DNA of 64,000 bases from a bacterium. GTDB lineage: Bacteria > CSSED10-310 > JAJRTK01. Where the stretch lies: the NCBI GenBank assembly GCA_024278345.1, contig JAJRTK010000277.1:3612-67611 (forward strand), in the 5' to 3' direction. A program made the translations under genes and the position numbers. Shown here one piece after another: positions 9,251-18,155 of the stretch. Within the stretch, counting starts at the first letter, position 1. Every line of letters starts with the position of its first letter. The notes under the pieces were generated by a model. The model made no database searches. It saw only the letters and a program-made list of their open reading frames with translations, and was not told the origin of the DNA.

Positions 9251-11164
9251 ATGGGTAAAGTTATCGGGATTGATCTTGGAACGACGAACAGTGTCGTGGC
9301 GGTGATGGAAGGCGGCGAGGCAACCATCATTCCGAATCCGGAAGGCGCACGAACAACGCCATCGGTTGTTGCATTTGCCAAGGATGGGCAGAGGCTCGTG
9401 GGGCAGGTGGCGAAGCGGCAGGCCATCACGAATCCGGAGAAGACCGTCTATTCCATCAAGCGCTTCATGGGGCGACGGTATGAAGAAGTCAGTGAAGAGA
9501 TCAGCCTGGTCCCGTACAAGGTGATCCGCAACTCCAACGGCGATGCTCGCGTCGATATCGATGGCTCAGCTTTTTCGCCGCCAGAGATCTCCGCGATGGT
9601 GTTGCAAAAGCTCAAGGCGGCAGCGGAGGACTATCTGGGCGAGAAGGTTACTGAAGCGGTGATTACGGTTCCCGCGTATTTCAACGATGCTCAGCGGCAA
9701 TCGACGAAGGATGCTGGAAAGATCGCGGGGCTGGAGGTGAAGCGTCTGGTCAACGAGCCAACGGCGGCGGCTCTCGCATTTGGCTTGGATAAAAAGAAGG
9801 AAGAGACCATCGCGGTTTACGATTTTGGTGGCGGGACGTTTGACATCTCGATCCTCGAAGTCGGAGACGGTGTGGTCGAGGTAAAATCGACGAACGGTGA
9901 CACGCACCTTGGTGGAGACAACATCGATCAGCGGGTCATCGACTGGATCGTCACGGAGTTTAGGAAAGAACAGGGGATCGACCTTTCGCAGGATGCCATG
10001 GCAGCGCAGCGCCTCAAGGAGGCGGCGGAAAAAGCCAAGTGTGAGCTATCTACGCTGTCGGAGACAGATATCAACTTGCCATTTATCACCGCGGACGCCA
10101 GCGGCCCCAAACACCTGAACCTCCGGCTATCCCGGAGCCGATTTGAGCAGCTCTGCGACGATCTGTTCGAGCGGACTCTGGAGCCTTGTCGACGAGCATT
10201 GGCGGATGCGGGGCTCAAGGCAGGCGATATCGACGAAGTGGTTCTGGTTGGTGGATCGACGCGAATCCCAAAGATCCAAGAGCTCGTGGAAAAGCTCTTT
10301 GAAAAACGGCCACACAAAGGCGTCAACCCCGACGAAGTCGTTGCTGCCGGAGCAGCCATTCAGGCCGGTGTTCTCTCCGGTGACGTGAAGGACCTGCTTC
10401 TCCTGGACGTCACCCCCCTCTCCCTGGGAATTGAGACTCTTGGTGGGGTCTTCACGAAGCTCATCGAACGAAACACGACGATCCCGACGAAGAAGAGCGA
10501 GATCTTCTCCACGGCAGCCGACAACCAGTCCAGTGTGGAGATCCACGTTCTCCAGGGCGAACGTGAAATGGCCCGGCACAACCGGACGTTGGGCAAGTTT
10601 CATTTGGTGGGCATCCCGCCAGCGCCCCGGGGAGTTCCTCAGGTCGAGGTGACGTTTGACATTGATGCCAACGGTATTGTGAACGTCTCGGCCAAGGATC
10701 TTGCCACGGGCAAGCAACAGCAAATCACGATCACATCTTCCAGCGGCCTGAGCGACGGTGAGATTGAGCGCATGGTTGATGACGCGGAATCGCACGCCGA
10801 CGAGGATCGTGCAAATCGTGAGCTCATCGATCTTCGAAATCGGGCAGACAGCCTGGTTTACGGAACCGAAAAGACGCTCAAGGAGCACAGGGAAAAACTT
10901 CCATTGGCCGACGTTACAGAGATCGAGAAGGCGATGGAGGAGACGAAGAAGGCCATCGAATCGAATGAGCGAGCCAGCATCGAATCAGCCCTGGAGCGTC
11001 TCACAACCGCGTCGCACAAGATGGCCGAAATCATGTACAAGCAGGCGGCTGAGCGGAACCAAGCCCAAGGATCTACCTCCGGTGATTCGGGGCCCAGCAC
11101 GGACGGCGAAACCGCCGCCCATGCAGATGATGTCGTTGATGCGGAATTCGAAGACGTGGACTAA
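9251..11164 (+). CDS. dnaK: Molecular chaperone DnaK (Hsp70).
   Basis: [39 protein letters not shown] and a C-terminal acidic EEVD-like tail (AEFEDVD). Confidence 0.97.
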   Translation: MGKVIGIDLGTTNSVVAVMEGGEATIIPNPEGARTTPSVVAFAKDGQRLVGQVAKRQAITNPEKTVYSIKRFMGRRYEEVSEEISLVPYKVIRNSNGDARVDIDGSAFSPPEISAMVLQKLKAAAEDYLGEKVTEAVITVPAYFNDAQRQSTKDAGKIAGLEVKRLVNEPTAAALAFGLDKKKEETIAVYDFGGGTFDISILEVGDGVVEVKSTNGDTHLGGDNIDQRVIDWIVTEFRKEQGIDLSQDAMAAQRLKEAAEKAKCELSTLSETDINLPFITADASGPKHLNLRLSRSRFEQLCDDLFERTLEPCRRALADAGLKAGDIDEVVLVGGSTRIPKIQELVEKLFEKRPHKGVNPDEVVAAGAAIQAGVLSGDVKDLLLLDVTPLSLGIETLGGVFTKLIERNTTIPTKKSEIFSTAADNQSSVEIHVLQGEREMARHNRTLGKFHLVGIPPAPRGVPQVEVTFDIDANGIVNVSAKDLATGKQQQITITSSSGLSDGEIERMVDDAESHADEDRANRELIDLRNRADSLVYGTEKTLKEHREKLPLADVTEIEKAMEETKKAIESNERASIESALERLTTASHKMAEIMYKQAAERNQAQGSTSGDSGPSTDGETAAHADDVVDAEFEDVD

Positions 11165-11316
11165 GCAAGAGAATCGAACGGTACTCCCTGAGTTCCCGGA
11201 AACGGGAGCTCGGGAACCACTCATGGCGGTGGCGCCAATCGAGGCTTCCGGCTCGATAGGCCCGCCGCGCTTCCCTGGGAGCAGCTCGGTCTTGGAACCA
11301 TGAGCTGTGAACATGC

Positions 11317-12423
11317 ATGTCGATGGACTTCTACCAGATAATGGGCGTGGACAAGGACGCGACTGGGAGCGAAATCAAGCAGGCCTACCGGCGGCTGGCC
11401 CGGCGGCACCACCCCGATCTCAACCCTGGCGACACAGAAGCCGCGAAACGTTTTCAGGAGCTCCAGCATGCGTATGAAGTACTGAGCGACCGCGGCAAGC
11501 GCCGCCGTTATGATCGCTTTGGTGCGGCGGCTTTTGGAGCCCAAAAGCCCGAAGCGCCCTTCGGGTTCGACTTTGCCTTCGATTCGGCCCGCTCCTGGGG
11601 AAAGAGCCTTGGAGAGCTCTTCAGCGACCTGTTTGCAGGCGGGGGCAGCGACAAGAAGCTGAGCCGGGGCAAAGATATCCAGTACAACATGGAGCTGAGT
11701 TTCGAAGATTCGCTTCGCGGAGTCACGGCCACGATCAAGCTCCAGAAGGATGTGCGATGTTCACGATGCCAGGGCCGTGGTCGCATCCCCAGCGACCAGG
11801 AAACTCCCTGCCCTAGATGCGAGGGAACAGGAAAAGAAGAAGTGCGGCGGGGTCCTTTTCGTTTCTCCAGAGAATGTAGCCGCTGCAACAGCTCTGGCGT
11901 TGTCAGGGACGAAACTTGCGAGCCTTGTTCGGGGCAAGGGCTGAAGAGAACGGAAGAACGGATCACTGTCAAAATCCCCGCCGGAGTCGATGAGGGGTCC
12001 ATCGTGCGGCTCCCTGGAAAAGGGGAGGCGGGGCCCTATGGAGGGGAATCAGGCGACCTCGTGATCCAGACTCACGTGGTGCCTCATCCGTTTTTCGAAA
12101 GAAAAAACCTCAACATTTACTGCGAGATTCCCATCACTTTCGCCGAAGCCGCGCTGGGCGCAAGGATTCCCGTCCCCACCATCGATGGAATGGCCTCCAT
12201 GAAGATTCCTCCGGGAACTCAAAGCGGGCAAGTCTTTCGGCTCCGGGAAAAAGGCGTCTCTCAAATGGACGGCAACGGGCGGGGAAACCAATATGTCAAA
12301 GTAACCATCGCCGTTCCCAGCCTTATCGACGAAGACTCCAAAGAACTCATCCGCCATCTGGCCCACCGGCTGGCGCAAGAACCACGGGAAAAACTCTATC
12401 TCGAATCGGGGCTTCTGACCTAA
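11317..12423 (+). CDS. dnaJ: DnaJ-family co-chaperone (paralog 1): J domain, G/F region, four CxxCxGxG zinc motifs and a C-terminal domain.
   Basis: DFYQIMGV…HPDLNPGD J domain with the HPD triad. CSRCQGRG, CPRCEGTG, CSRCNSSG and CEPCSGQG motifs. Confidence 0.85.
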   Translation: MSMDFYQIMGVDKDATGSEIKQAYRRLARRHHPDLNPGDTEAAKRFQELQHAYEVLSDRGKRRRYDRFGAAAFGAQKPEAPFGFDFAFDSARSWGKSLGELFSDLFAGGGSDKKLSRGKDIQYNMELSFEDSLRGVTATIKLQKDVRCSRCQGRGRIPSDQETPCPRCEGTGKEEVRRGPFRFSRECSRCNSSGVVRDETCEPCSGQGLKRTEERITVKIPAGVDEGSIVRLPGKGEAGPYGGESGDLVIQTHVVPHPFFERKNLNIYCEIPITFAEAALGARIPVPTIDGMASMKIPPGTQSGQVFRLREKGVSQMDGNGRGNQYVKVTIAVPSLIDEDSKELIRHLAHRLAQEPREKLYLESGLLT

Positions 12424-12434
12424 GAGGATGCAAA

Positions 12435-12827
12435 ATGAAGACAGGCTGCTACTCCATTGGCGTCGTCTCGGAAATGTTGGGAATCCACCCTCAAACCATC
12501 CGCTACTACGAAAAAGTTGGGCTACTCCAACCGGCGCGCAGCCCCGGAAATACTAGGCTCTACTCCGACGAAGATGTTCAGCGCGTCCAGGTGGTCCACA
12601 GCCTGGCTCGGGAACATGGCGTCAATATGGCTGGAATCCGGATCATTCTGAAGCTCCGGGACAAGTACGAGGAAGAACTCCGGCAAGTGGAAATGGAATA
12701 CAGCGAGATGGTGGAGTATCTGATGCGCCTTGTGAAGAGCCACCTGGAGGATGATCTCGACAAGAATAGCGGGACTCTGGTTCCAGTTTTTGCTAGAATG
12801 CCAATGCGGTGTGATCTGAGAGTTTAG
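12435..12827 (+). CDS. hspR: MerR-family heat-shock repressor HspR. A CbpM-like modulator is the alternative.
   Basis: N-terminal MerR helix-turn-helix (YSIGVVSEMLGIHPQTIRYYEKVGLL…RLYSDEDVQRVQ). It sits downstream of dnaK-dnaJ as in actinobacterial dnaK-grpE-dnaJ-hspR operons. A HAIR-like operator lies upstream of dnaK. Confidence 0.7.
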   Translation: MKTGCYSIGVVSEMLGIHPQTIRYYEKVGLLQPARSPGNTRLYSDEDVQRVQVVHSLAREHGVNMAGIRIILKLRDKYEEELRQVEMEYSEMVEYLMRLVKSHLEDDLDKNSGTLVPVFARMPMRCDLRV

Positions 12828-12986
12828 TCCGTTGGCAGCGCTCCCGTGAACTGTCATCACCTTAGAGAACATGATGTTTCACGACCGGACTTGGAGAAAA
12901 ACAATTTGCCTAGACTCACTCCGGCCTTTGAGGCTTGATCGACTGACAACCACCTGAAAAAAAGAAACTTTCCGGAGCCACCAACG

Positions 12987-14102
12987 ATGTACTCAAATAA
13001 AACAGAGCCGGACTACTACGAACTCCTGGGCTTGCGGCGAGACGCCTCGGCGCCAGAAATCAAGCGTGCTTATCGCAAAAAAGCGCTCGAATTTCACCCG
13101 GATCGCAACCCGGGAAACAAAGTCGCGGAAGAAAACTTCAAACTGGTAGCAGAGGCTCATGAAGTTCTCTCCGACCCAACAAAACGTGAAATTTACAATC
13201 GCTACGGCCGCCAGGGACTCAGAGGAAGAGGTGCCCAGCCAGGGTTTGGGGATCTGGGCGATATTTTCGGGAGTGTTTTCGAGGAGTTCTTTGGCGGCGG
13301 CGGAAATCGGCACTCTGGCCCGCGTCCGACCCGTGGACGGGACTACCGTCAAGACATGACCATCAGCTTTGAAGAAGCGGCTTTTGGCACCCAAAAGGAA
13401 ATCGACTTCAAGCGGGTCGTCCGCTGCGAACCCTGCCAGGAAACTGGCTGCCAACCCGGTAGCCCATCCGAGGTTTGCTCCACCTGTGGCGGCCGCGGAC
13501 AGGTGGCGCGGTCTCAGGGTTTCTTTACACTCACCACCACTTGTCCGCACTGCAATGGCATGGGAGAAACGTTCCGAGACCCTTGTCTCGAATGCAAGGG
13601 AAGAGGACGAAAAGTCGTCGAAAAAACGATCACTGTGTCCGTTCCCGCGGGAGTAGACAACGGCGTGCGCATCCGCGTAGCCCGTCAAGGGGAAGATGGC
13701 GAACATGGAGGTCCACCAGGAGATCTCTATGTTTTCTTGACCGTTGAGCCCCACGAGTTTTTTGTTCGGGACGGAGACGACCTACGAATCGAGATCCCCA
13801 TTTCGTTTTCGCAAGCCGCCTTGGGAGATCAGGTGGAGGTTCCCACCCTGCAAGGGATGCGAAAAATTACGATTGAGCCGGGTACTCAGACAGGAGCCGA
13901 GCTCAGGATCCGGAAGGCAGGGATGCCGAATCCCAGAGGATTCGGTGTAGGCGATCTCATGGTAAGCCTGAGAGTTTCCACGCCTACCAAGCTAGATCCT
14001 AGAGCCGAAGAGCTTTTGCGAGAGCTTGCGGAGATTGAAGGCCGCGAATTGACGGAACACAAGAGCTTTTTCGATCGGGTCCGGGATAGCCTCCACCTAT
14101 AG
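12987..14102 (+). CDS. dnaJ: Chaperone DnaJ (canonical paralog 2).
   Basis: DYYELLGL…HPDRNPG J domain. G/F region. [27 protein letters not shown] and CLECKGRGR zinc-finger motifs. C-terminal peptide-binding domains. Confidence 0.9.
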   Translation: MYSNKTEPDYYELLGLRRDASAPEIKRAYRKKALEFHPDRNPGNKVAEENFKLVAEAHEVLSDPTKREIYNRYGRQGLRGRGAQPGFGDLGDIFGSVFEEFFGGGGNRHSGPRPTRGRDYRQDMTISFEEAAFGTQKEIDFKRVVRCEPCQETGCQPGSPSEVCSTCGGRGQVARSQGFFTLTTTCPHCNGMGETFRDPCLECKGRGRKVVEKTITVSVPAGVDNGVRIRVARQGEDGEHGGPPGDLYVFLTVEPHEFFVRDGDDLRIEIPISFSQAALGDQVEVPTLQGMRKITIEPGTQTGAELRIRKAGMPNPRGFGVGDLMVSLRVSTPTKLDPRAEELLRELAEIEGRELTEHKSFFDRVRDSLHL

Positions 14103-14121
14103 GATAGACTGCTGGTCCCAT

Positions 14122-14526
14122 TTGGGCTTCAGGTATGGGAAGAAAAAGCAAATGATGCTTCTGGCCGGACACGATCCGCCAGAAACCAGGGAGGTTCACG
14201 TGAACCGCAACGAACAGATCGAACGGCTGATCCACGAACTTGTAGAGTCCATTGACGATGCTCTGCGGGGATCGGGAAAAATCCGAGAGCTCTTGGGGCA
14301 AATCGAAGATCAGGGCTACGAAATCCGTATTTCCGTGTTGGCGGGCATCGTTTTGAAAGAGGCAAGCTCCCTTCTGGATACGCTCTCAGGTCTTTTCGGC
14401 GATGACACTTTTGATGATGATGAAGAAGCGGAGAGTTCCTCTGGCGGCTGGGACCCTGAAAATGGCGACATTTTTACGGCGGCGGACCTTCGGTTCCTCC
14501 ATTCTCTGGGAATTACACCAGAGTAG
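14122..14526 (+). CDS. Small acidic hypothetical protein.
   Basis: ORF immediately downstream of dnaJ with consistent codon usage and a strongly acidic C-terminus (DDTFDDDEEAESS). No recognised motif. The true start may be an internal Met (MMLLAG). Confidence 0.4.
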   Translation: MGFRYGKKKQMMLLAGHDPPETREVHVNRNEQIERLIHELVESIDDALRGSGKIRELLGQIEDQGYEIRISVLAGIVLKEASSLLDTLSGLFGDDTFDDDEEAESSSGGWDPENGDIFTAADLRFLHSLGITPE

Positions 14527-14556
14527 ACGCCCAACCCGTGCTCGGAAGGAGCCACC

Positions 14557-15645
14557 GTGATCGCGAAGACGGTTGGGGAGCGGATAGGAACTCAGTCTTT
14601 GGCGCCAAGTACATCGGCCAGGCTTTCGGTCCTGATCGCTGGGTGTGGCGGGCAGTCAGTCGGCGCGGGCATTATCAAGGCACTGGCTCCACTACCTCGG
14701 TATCGCCTGGTCGCAGCCGATATGCGGCTGGATTGCGCGGCCCTTTTGAATGCGGAGGCGGCCTACCAGTTGCCCTCCGCCAGAGATCCCGCATACGGAA
14801 AAGCTGTCTTGCGCCTATGCCGACAAGAAGGCGTCCAGGCCATCTTGCCGGGCTCACACCCGGACACGATCCAACTCAGCAAAATGGCGGAGACGTTGGA
14901 AGATCAGGGAGTTCGGGTCATCGGCAATCCCTGGCCCTGCGTCAAAGCGGCAACGGACAAGTTGAAATGCATGCGTCTTCTGGCCAGGCACGGCGTTCCT
15001 GTTCCTGACACCGAACCGGGTGACAATTGGGACTCTCTGGTGAAGCGCGTGGGGTTTCCCATCATTCTCAAACCCCGTTGGGGCCAAGGAAGCAAGGGCG
15101 TTCGGCTGGTGAGTAGTCGACGAGAGGTGGCTCTGTTGCTGGAACTTCACGAGATCTCCGGAGATGAAGTGATCGTCCAGGAGGCCATCGGCTCTGATGG
15201 AGAGGAGTTCACGACGGGCCTGATCCTAGGGTTTTCAGGCGATCTTTTGGGAGCGGTGACGCTCCGGAGGAAGATCTGTAGTGGCTACACGGGAACGGCT
15301 CTTTGCGAGCCTTCCTTGGAGTGCGAAACCGTGGCAAGACAGGCGGCGGCGGCGCTGGGAGCTCGGGGCCCGTTCAATGCTCAAATGCGCCTTCATCGCG
15401 GCGTGCCAACGATTTTCGAAATCAACCCAAGGTTCTCAGGTACGACTCCCATGCGGGCATGGCTGGGTCTGAACGGCCCCCATCTCCTGATTCAGAGTTT
15501 TCTTTTGGGAATCGAAAAAATCTCTGCTCCGCCGCGGAGGGGGGTCCTCGTGCTTCGGGATCTTCGAGAGAGCTATTTCGAAGAAGCCGATTTGGAGAAG
15601 ATTATCTCTTTGGAGGACCGGGTTTCGATCTTTCCCAGGGGCTGA
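14557..15645 (+). CDS. ATP-grasp domain protein (carboxylate-amine ligase-like).
   Basis: ATP-grasp hallmarks: PVPDT…FPIILKPRWGQGSKGVRLV, EEFTTGLI, and a C-terminal MRLHRGVPTIFEINPRFSG (E-x-N Mg-binding). GTG start with an upstream GGAAGGAG. Confidence 0.65.
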   Translation: MIAKTVGERIGTQSLAPSTSARLSVLIAGCGGQSVGAGIIKALAPLPRYRLVAADMRLDCAALLNAEAAYQLPSARDPAYGKAVLRLCRQEGVQAILPGSHPDTIQLSKMAETLEDQGVRVIGNPWPCVKAATDKLKCMRLLARHGVPVPDTEPGDNWDSLVKRVGFPIILKPRWGQGSKGVRLVSSRREVALLLELHEISGDEVIVQEAIGSDGEEFTTGLILGFSGDLLGAVTLRRKICSGYTGTALCEPSLECETVARQAAAALGARGPFNAQMRLHRGVPTIFEINPRFSGTTPMRAWLGLNGPHLLIQSFLLGIEKISAPPRRGVLVLRDLRESYFEEADLEKIISLEDRVSIFPRG

Positions 15646-15698
15646 GAGACACGCCTTTTCGCCGGTTTTACGCCTCCAGGGACAGGGCCCAGCAGACG

Positions 15699-17867
15699 AT
15701 GCGAACGAGTTTTCCAGCGTGGCGACGACCAGCACTTGCCGGTTGTCTAATGGCTGTTGCCATCCAGCTTCTTTTTCTGGACAAGCCACTCCACATCGAT
15801 GATGCTCTCTTCGTTCGAATTGCGCGGAATATCTTGCAGTTCCCCCTGGCGCCCTTTACAGGCCCCGATCTGTTTACGGGCGAGGTCCGCCAGCTCTTCA
15901 TCCACAACAATCCTCCGCTGGCACCGGCCTGGCTGGCGGGGCTTCTGTGGCTGGGTGGCAGTCGTCTTTGGTTCCTGCACCTAGGGCAGATCCCTTTCGT
16001 GCTTCTGTCTGTCTTTTCTTTTGCCTATTTGGCGGCTGGAGTGTGCCGACGACCCCTTTGGCCAACGCTGTTGTGGGCGACAAACACTGGTTTTCTACTG
16101 ACGGGGCAACACCTGATGGCCGATCTTCCTGCCCTTGCCCTAGTTCAAGGGGGGACAGCGGCGCTGGTGGCCATGAAAAGAGACGAGAACCCTTTCTGGC
16201 TTGTGGTCGCTGGCCTTTTGACGGGGCTGGCCATCGTGACGAAATATTCCATGGTCTTTTTTGTGATCTATCTTCCTTTCTTGGGGTTTGTCTTGGGGAT
16301 ACCGGCAAGCCGACTCGTCCTCATGACACTGCTGGCGGCGACACCCATGACTGTTTGGTGTGCGCACAACTGGGTCGTTCATGGAGAGCTTCACATCCTG
16401 GCGGACGGCCGGATGGGAAGAAGCTCACCTCTGGGGTTGAACTGGATGGCGGTGAACTGGATTGGTCAGAAGGCCATGGCCACCCTGTCGGAAATCGGCC
16501 AAATCGGAATTTTTCCAGGCCTGACGCTTTTCGTAAGCCTGCGCTGGAAGCAGCGCCGGATACTGTACTTTCCGGCAGTCGTTGCGGGGCTGATGGCTGC
16601 TCAGCTACCGGGTTACACCCCTTGGCAAGTGGCTCAGTATTTTTGTTGGGCGTTTCTTGGGTTGACGGTCATCTTGCTTTGTTGCATGACGACCCTTGAG
16701 TGGTTGGGGAAAAACCGGACAACAGGGGGAATCGGCTCGCTAGAGCTCCTGGCCTGGGGCCTTCTTTTTTGCGCGGCGAGCGTCGTGGCCCTCCCCTTCG
16801 CCAGCGTGCGAATGCTTTTGCCGGCCGTGCCGCCAATGCTGCTTCTGGTTTGGCTCCAGGCGGAGCGGGTCGGGCTATCTGACGGGCAGGCTGGCGCCAT
16901 CGTGGTTGGGGGACTGATCTTCAGTCTGGCAATATCGGCGGCCGACGCGCAGTATGTAGGCCTGTACCGAGGGCTTGCTCGGGGCGCGGCGGAAATCTCC
17001 CGCGGGGAGGGCGCAGAGCTTTGGTTTGCCGCGGAGGGTGGATTGCGACCTGAGCTTGAGCGAGTGGGTGGCCGCTACCTTCGAAAGCGTGTCGATAAGT
17101 TGCCGGTCGGGTCTCTTCTGGCTTTTCCTGTCAACGGTCACCGTTTTCGGATCTCGCCAAAACTGGCCGTTCTCCTTCACAAGGACCATGTGCTGGACGC
17201 GAATTACAGCCTTCCATTCCGCTTGGAGTCGATGAAGGCCAGAGCCGGATTCTACGCCCATCCCAGCGGTTATCTGCCGGTGGCTTTTTCCATGGCCACC
17301 GCGGAGCGGCTCTACTTGATGCGAGTGGGAAGAGCGAATCCTTTCGCGAGGGCATTCCTGGAGGAACGAGATAAGGTGGTCGTGGCTGGCGCCGTGGAGG
17401 AAAATCTCCATCAGGTTGGAGCGGGGGTCTGGTCCTCCTTCCGTGCCCATCCGCCATCACTTCTCCGATTCCAGTTGGTGGCAGAACCTGGCGCCGGTCT
17501 CGAAGTAGGCTTTGGGATGATGGCCGAAATCAGTGGCCCCCGGTACGGGGACGGAGTCACCTTTCGAGTCTGGGGGTACACCGACAAGAGTACAGACCCC
17601 ACTTTTGGGAAGGAACGGGACAGGGAAAAGCTTGACGACAACCCCGAAGTCAAGGGCCGAACGTTATTGTTGGAATCGTATATTGACCCAAAAAGCAGGG
17701 CCGAGGACCGCCGAATTCAGACGCACCAGATTCCGTTGAGAAAGCTTGTTGGAAGAATCGTCCTGGAGTTGGAAAACGACTGCGGTCCACTGGACGACTG
17801 TCGGTGGGATTGGGCACTCTGGACAATGCCAAGCCTCATACCGCCGACCAAGTTTGCCGGCGATTGA
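15699..17867 (+). CDS. Polytopic membrane protein resembling a GT-C fold glycosyltransferase (ArnT/PMT-like), with about 12 TM helices and a C-terminal soluble domain.
   Basis: At least 11 hydrophobic helices. Acidic DD motif in the first extracytoplasmic loop (LDKPLHIDDALF). A C-terminal ~250-aa non-membrane domain. The upstream part of the listed ORF (15303-15698) is Arg/Gly-rich low complexity overlapping the ATP-grasp gene and is excluded. Confidence 0.45.
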   Translation: MRTSFPAWRRPALAGCLMAVAIQLLFLDKPLHIDDALFVRIARNILQFPLAPFTGPDLFTGEVRQLFIHNNPPLAPAWLAGLLWLGGSRLWFLHLGQIPFVLLSVFSFAYLAAGVCRRPLWPTLLWATNTGFLLTGQHLMADLPALALVQGGTAALVAMKRDENPFWLVVAGLLTGLAIVTKYSMVFFVIYLPFLGFVLGIPASRLVLMTLLAATPMTVWCAHNWVVHGELHILADGRMGRSSPLGLNWMAVNWIGQKAMATLSEIGQIGIFPGLTLFVSLRWKQRRILYFPAVVAGLMAAQLPGYTPWQVAQYFCWAFLGLTVILLCCMTTLEWLGKNRTTGGIGSLELLAWGLLFCAASVVALPFASVRMLLPAVPPMLLLVWLQAERVGLSDGQAGAIVVGGLIFSLAISAADAQYVGLYRGLARGAAEISRGEGAELWFAAEGGLRPELERVGGRYLRKRVDKLPVGSLLAFPVNGHRFRISPKLAVLLHKDHVLDANYSLPFRLESMKARAGFYAHPSGYLPVAFSMATAERLYLMRVGRANPFARAFLEERDKVVVAGAVEENLHQVGAGVWSSFRAHPPSLLRFQLVAEPGAGLEVGFGMMAEISGPRYGDGVTFRVWGYTDKSTDPTFGKERDREKLDDNPEVKGRTLLLESYIDPKSRAEDRRIQTHQIPLRKLVGRIVLELENDCGPLDDCRWDWALWTMPSLIPPTKFAGD

Positions 17868-17955
17868 TGGCCCGCCGGTAGTGACCGCTAAGGGGAAGGT
17901 GGGAAGAGACCGGGAGTTGGCTGAAAATGTCAGAATCACTATACTTCGTTCGGAA

Positions 17956-18105
17956 TCTATCAGATCCGGTTTACAAGTCCACGCCCTATAGGAACCCACC
18001 GTTCAATTGCGTGAATCCCGTCCGGCACGCCACCGGCAAGATGCCGGTGCCACCAGGGCGGCACTGCGGAGTGTAAAGCAAAAACACGACAATTTGATAG
18101 GTGCC
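17956..18105 (+). ncRNA. Conserved structured element R1, copy A: a candidate cis-regulatory RNA or riboswitch-like leader ending 50 nt before the BNR-protein start codon.
   Basis: About 85-90% identical to 36694-36843. 5' CUAUCA pairs with 3' UGAUAG as a closing stem. Conserved internal hairpin CACCGGC-AAGAU-GCCGGUG. A second stem GUGCC/GGCAC carries a covariation (A to G, giving a U-G wobble) between the copies. Confidence 0.5.
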
Positions 18106-18155
18106 CTTAGTTCCGGTTTCGAAGCGCTGTGCCTGTCAGTCATGGTAGGGGTTTG

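Noticed and set aside
12830-12986. Possible second HAIR operator upstream of the second dnaJ (…ACTCACTccggcctTTGAGgCTTGA…).
   Set aside because: The half-sites are in the wrong order and spacing for CTTGAGT-N7-ACTCAAG. It is only a partial inverted repeat.
15303-15698. N-terminal extension of the GT-C-like membrane protein ORF (listed start 15303).
   Set aside because: The segment is Gly/Arg-rich low complexity overlapping the 3' end of the ATP-grasp gene. The start was moved to the ATG at 15699, just before the first TM helix.
17956-18105. Firm assignment of R1 as a cobalamin (AdoCbl) riboswitch.
   Set aside because: Only partial resemblance to the P3/J6-3 core. There is no clear B12 box or GCCACUG motif, and the downstream genes are not B12-related. 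It is kept as an unclassified structured-RNA candidate pending a covariance-model search.
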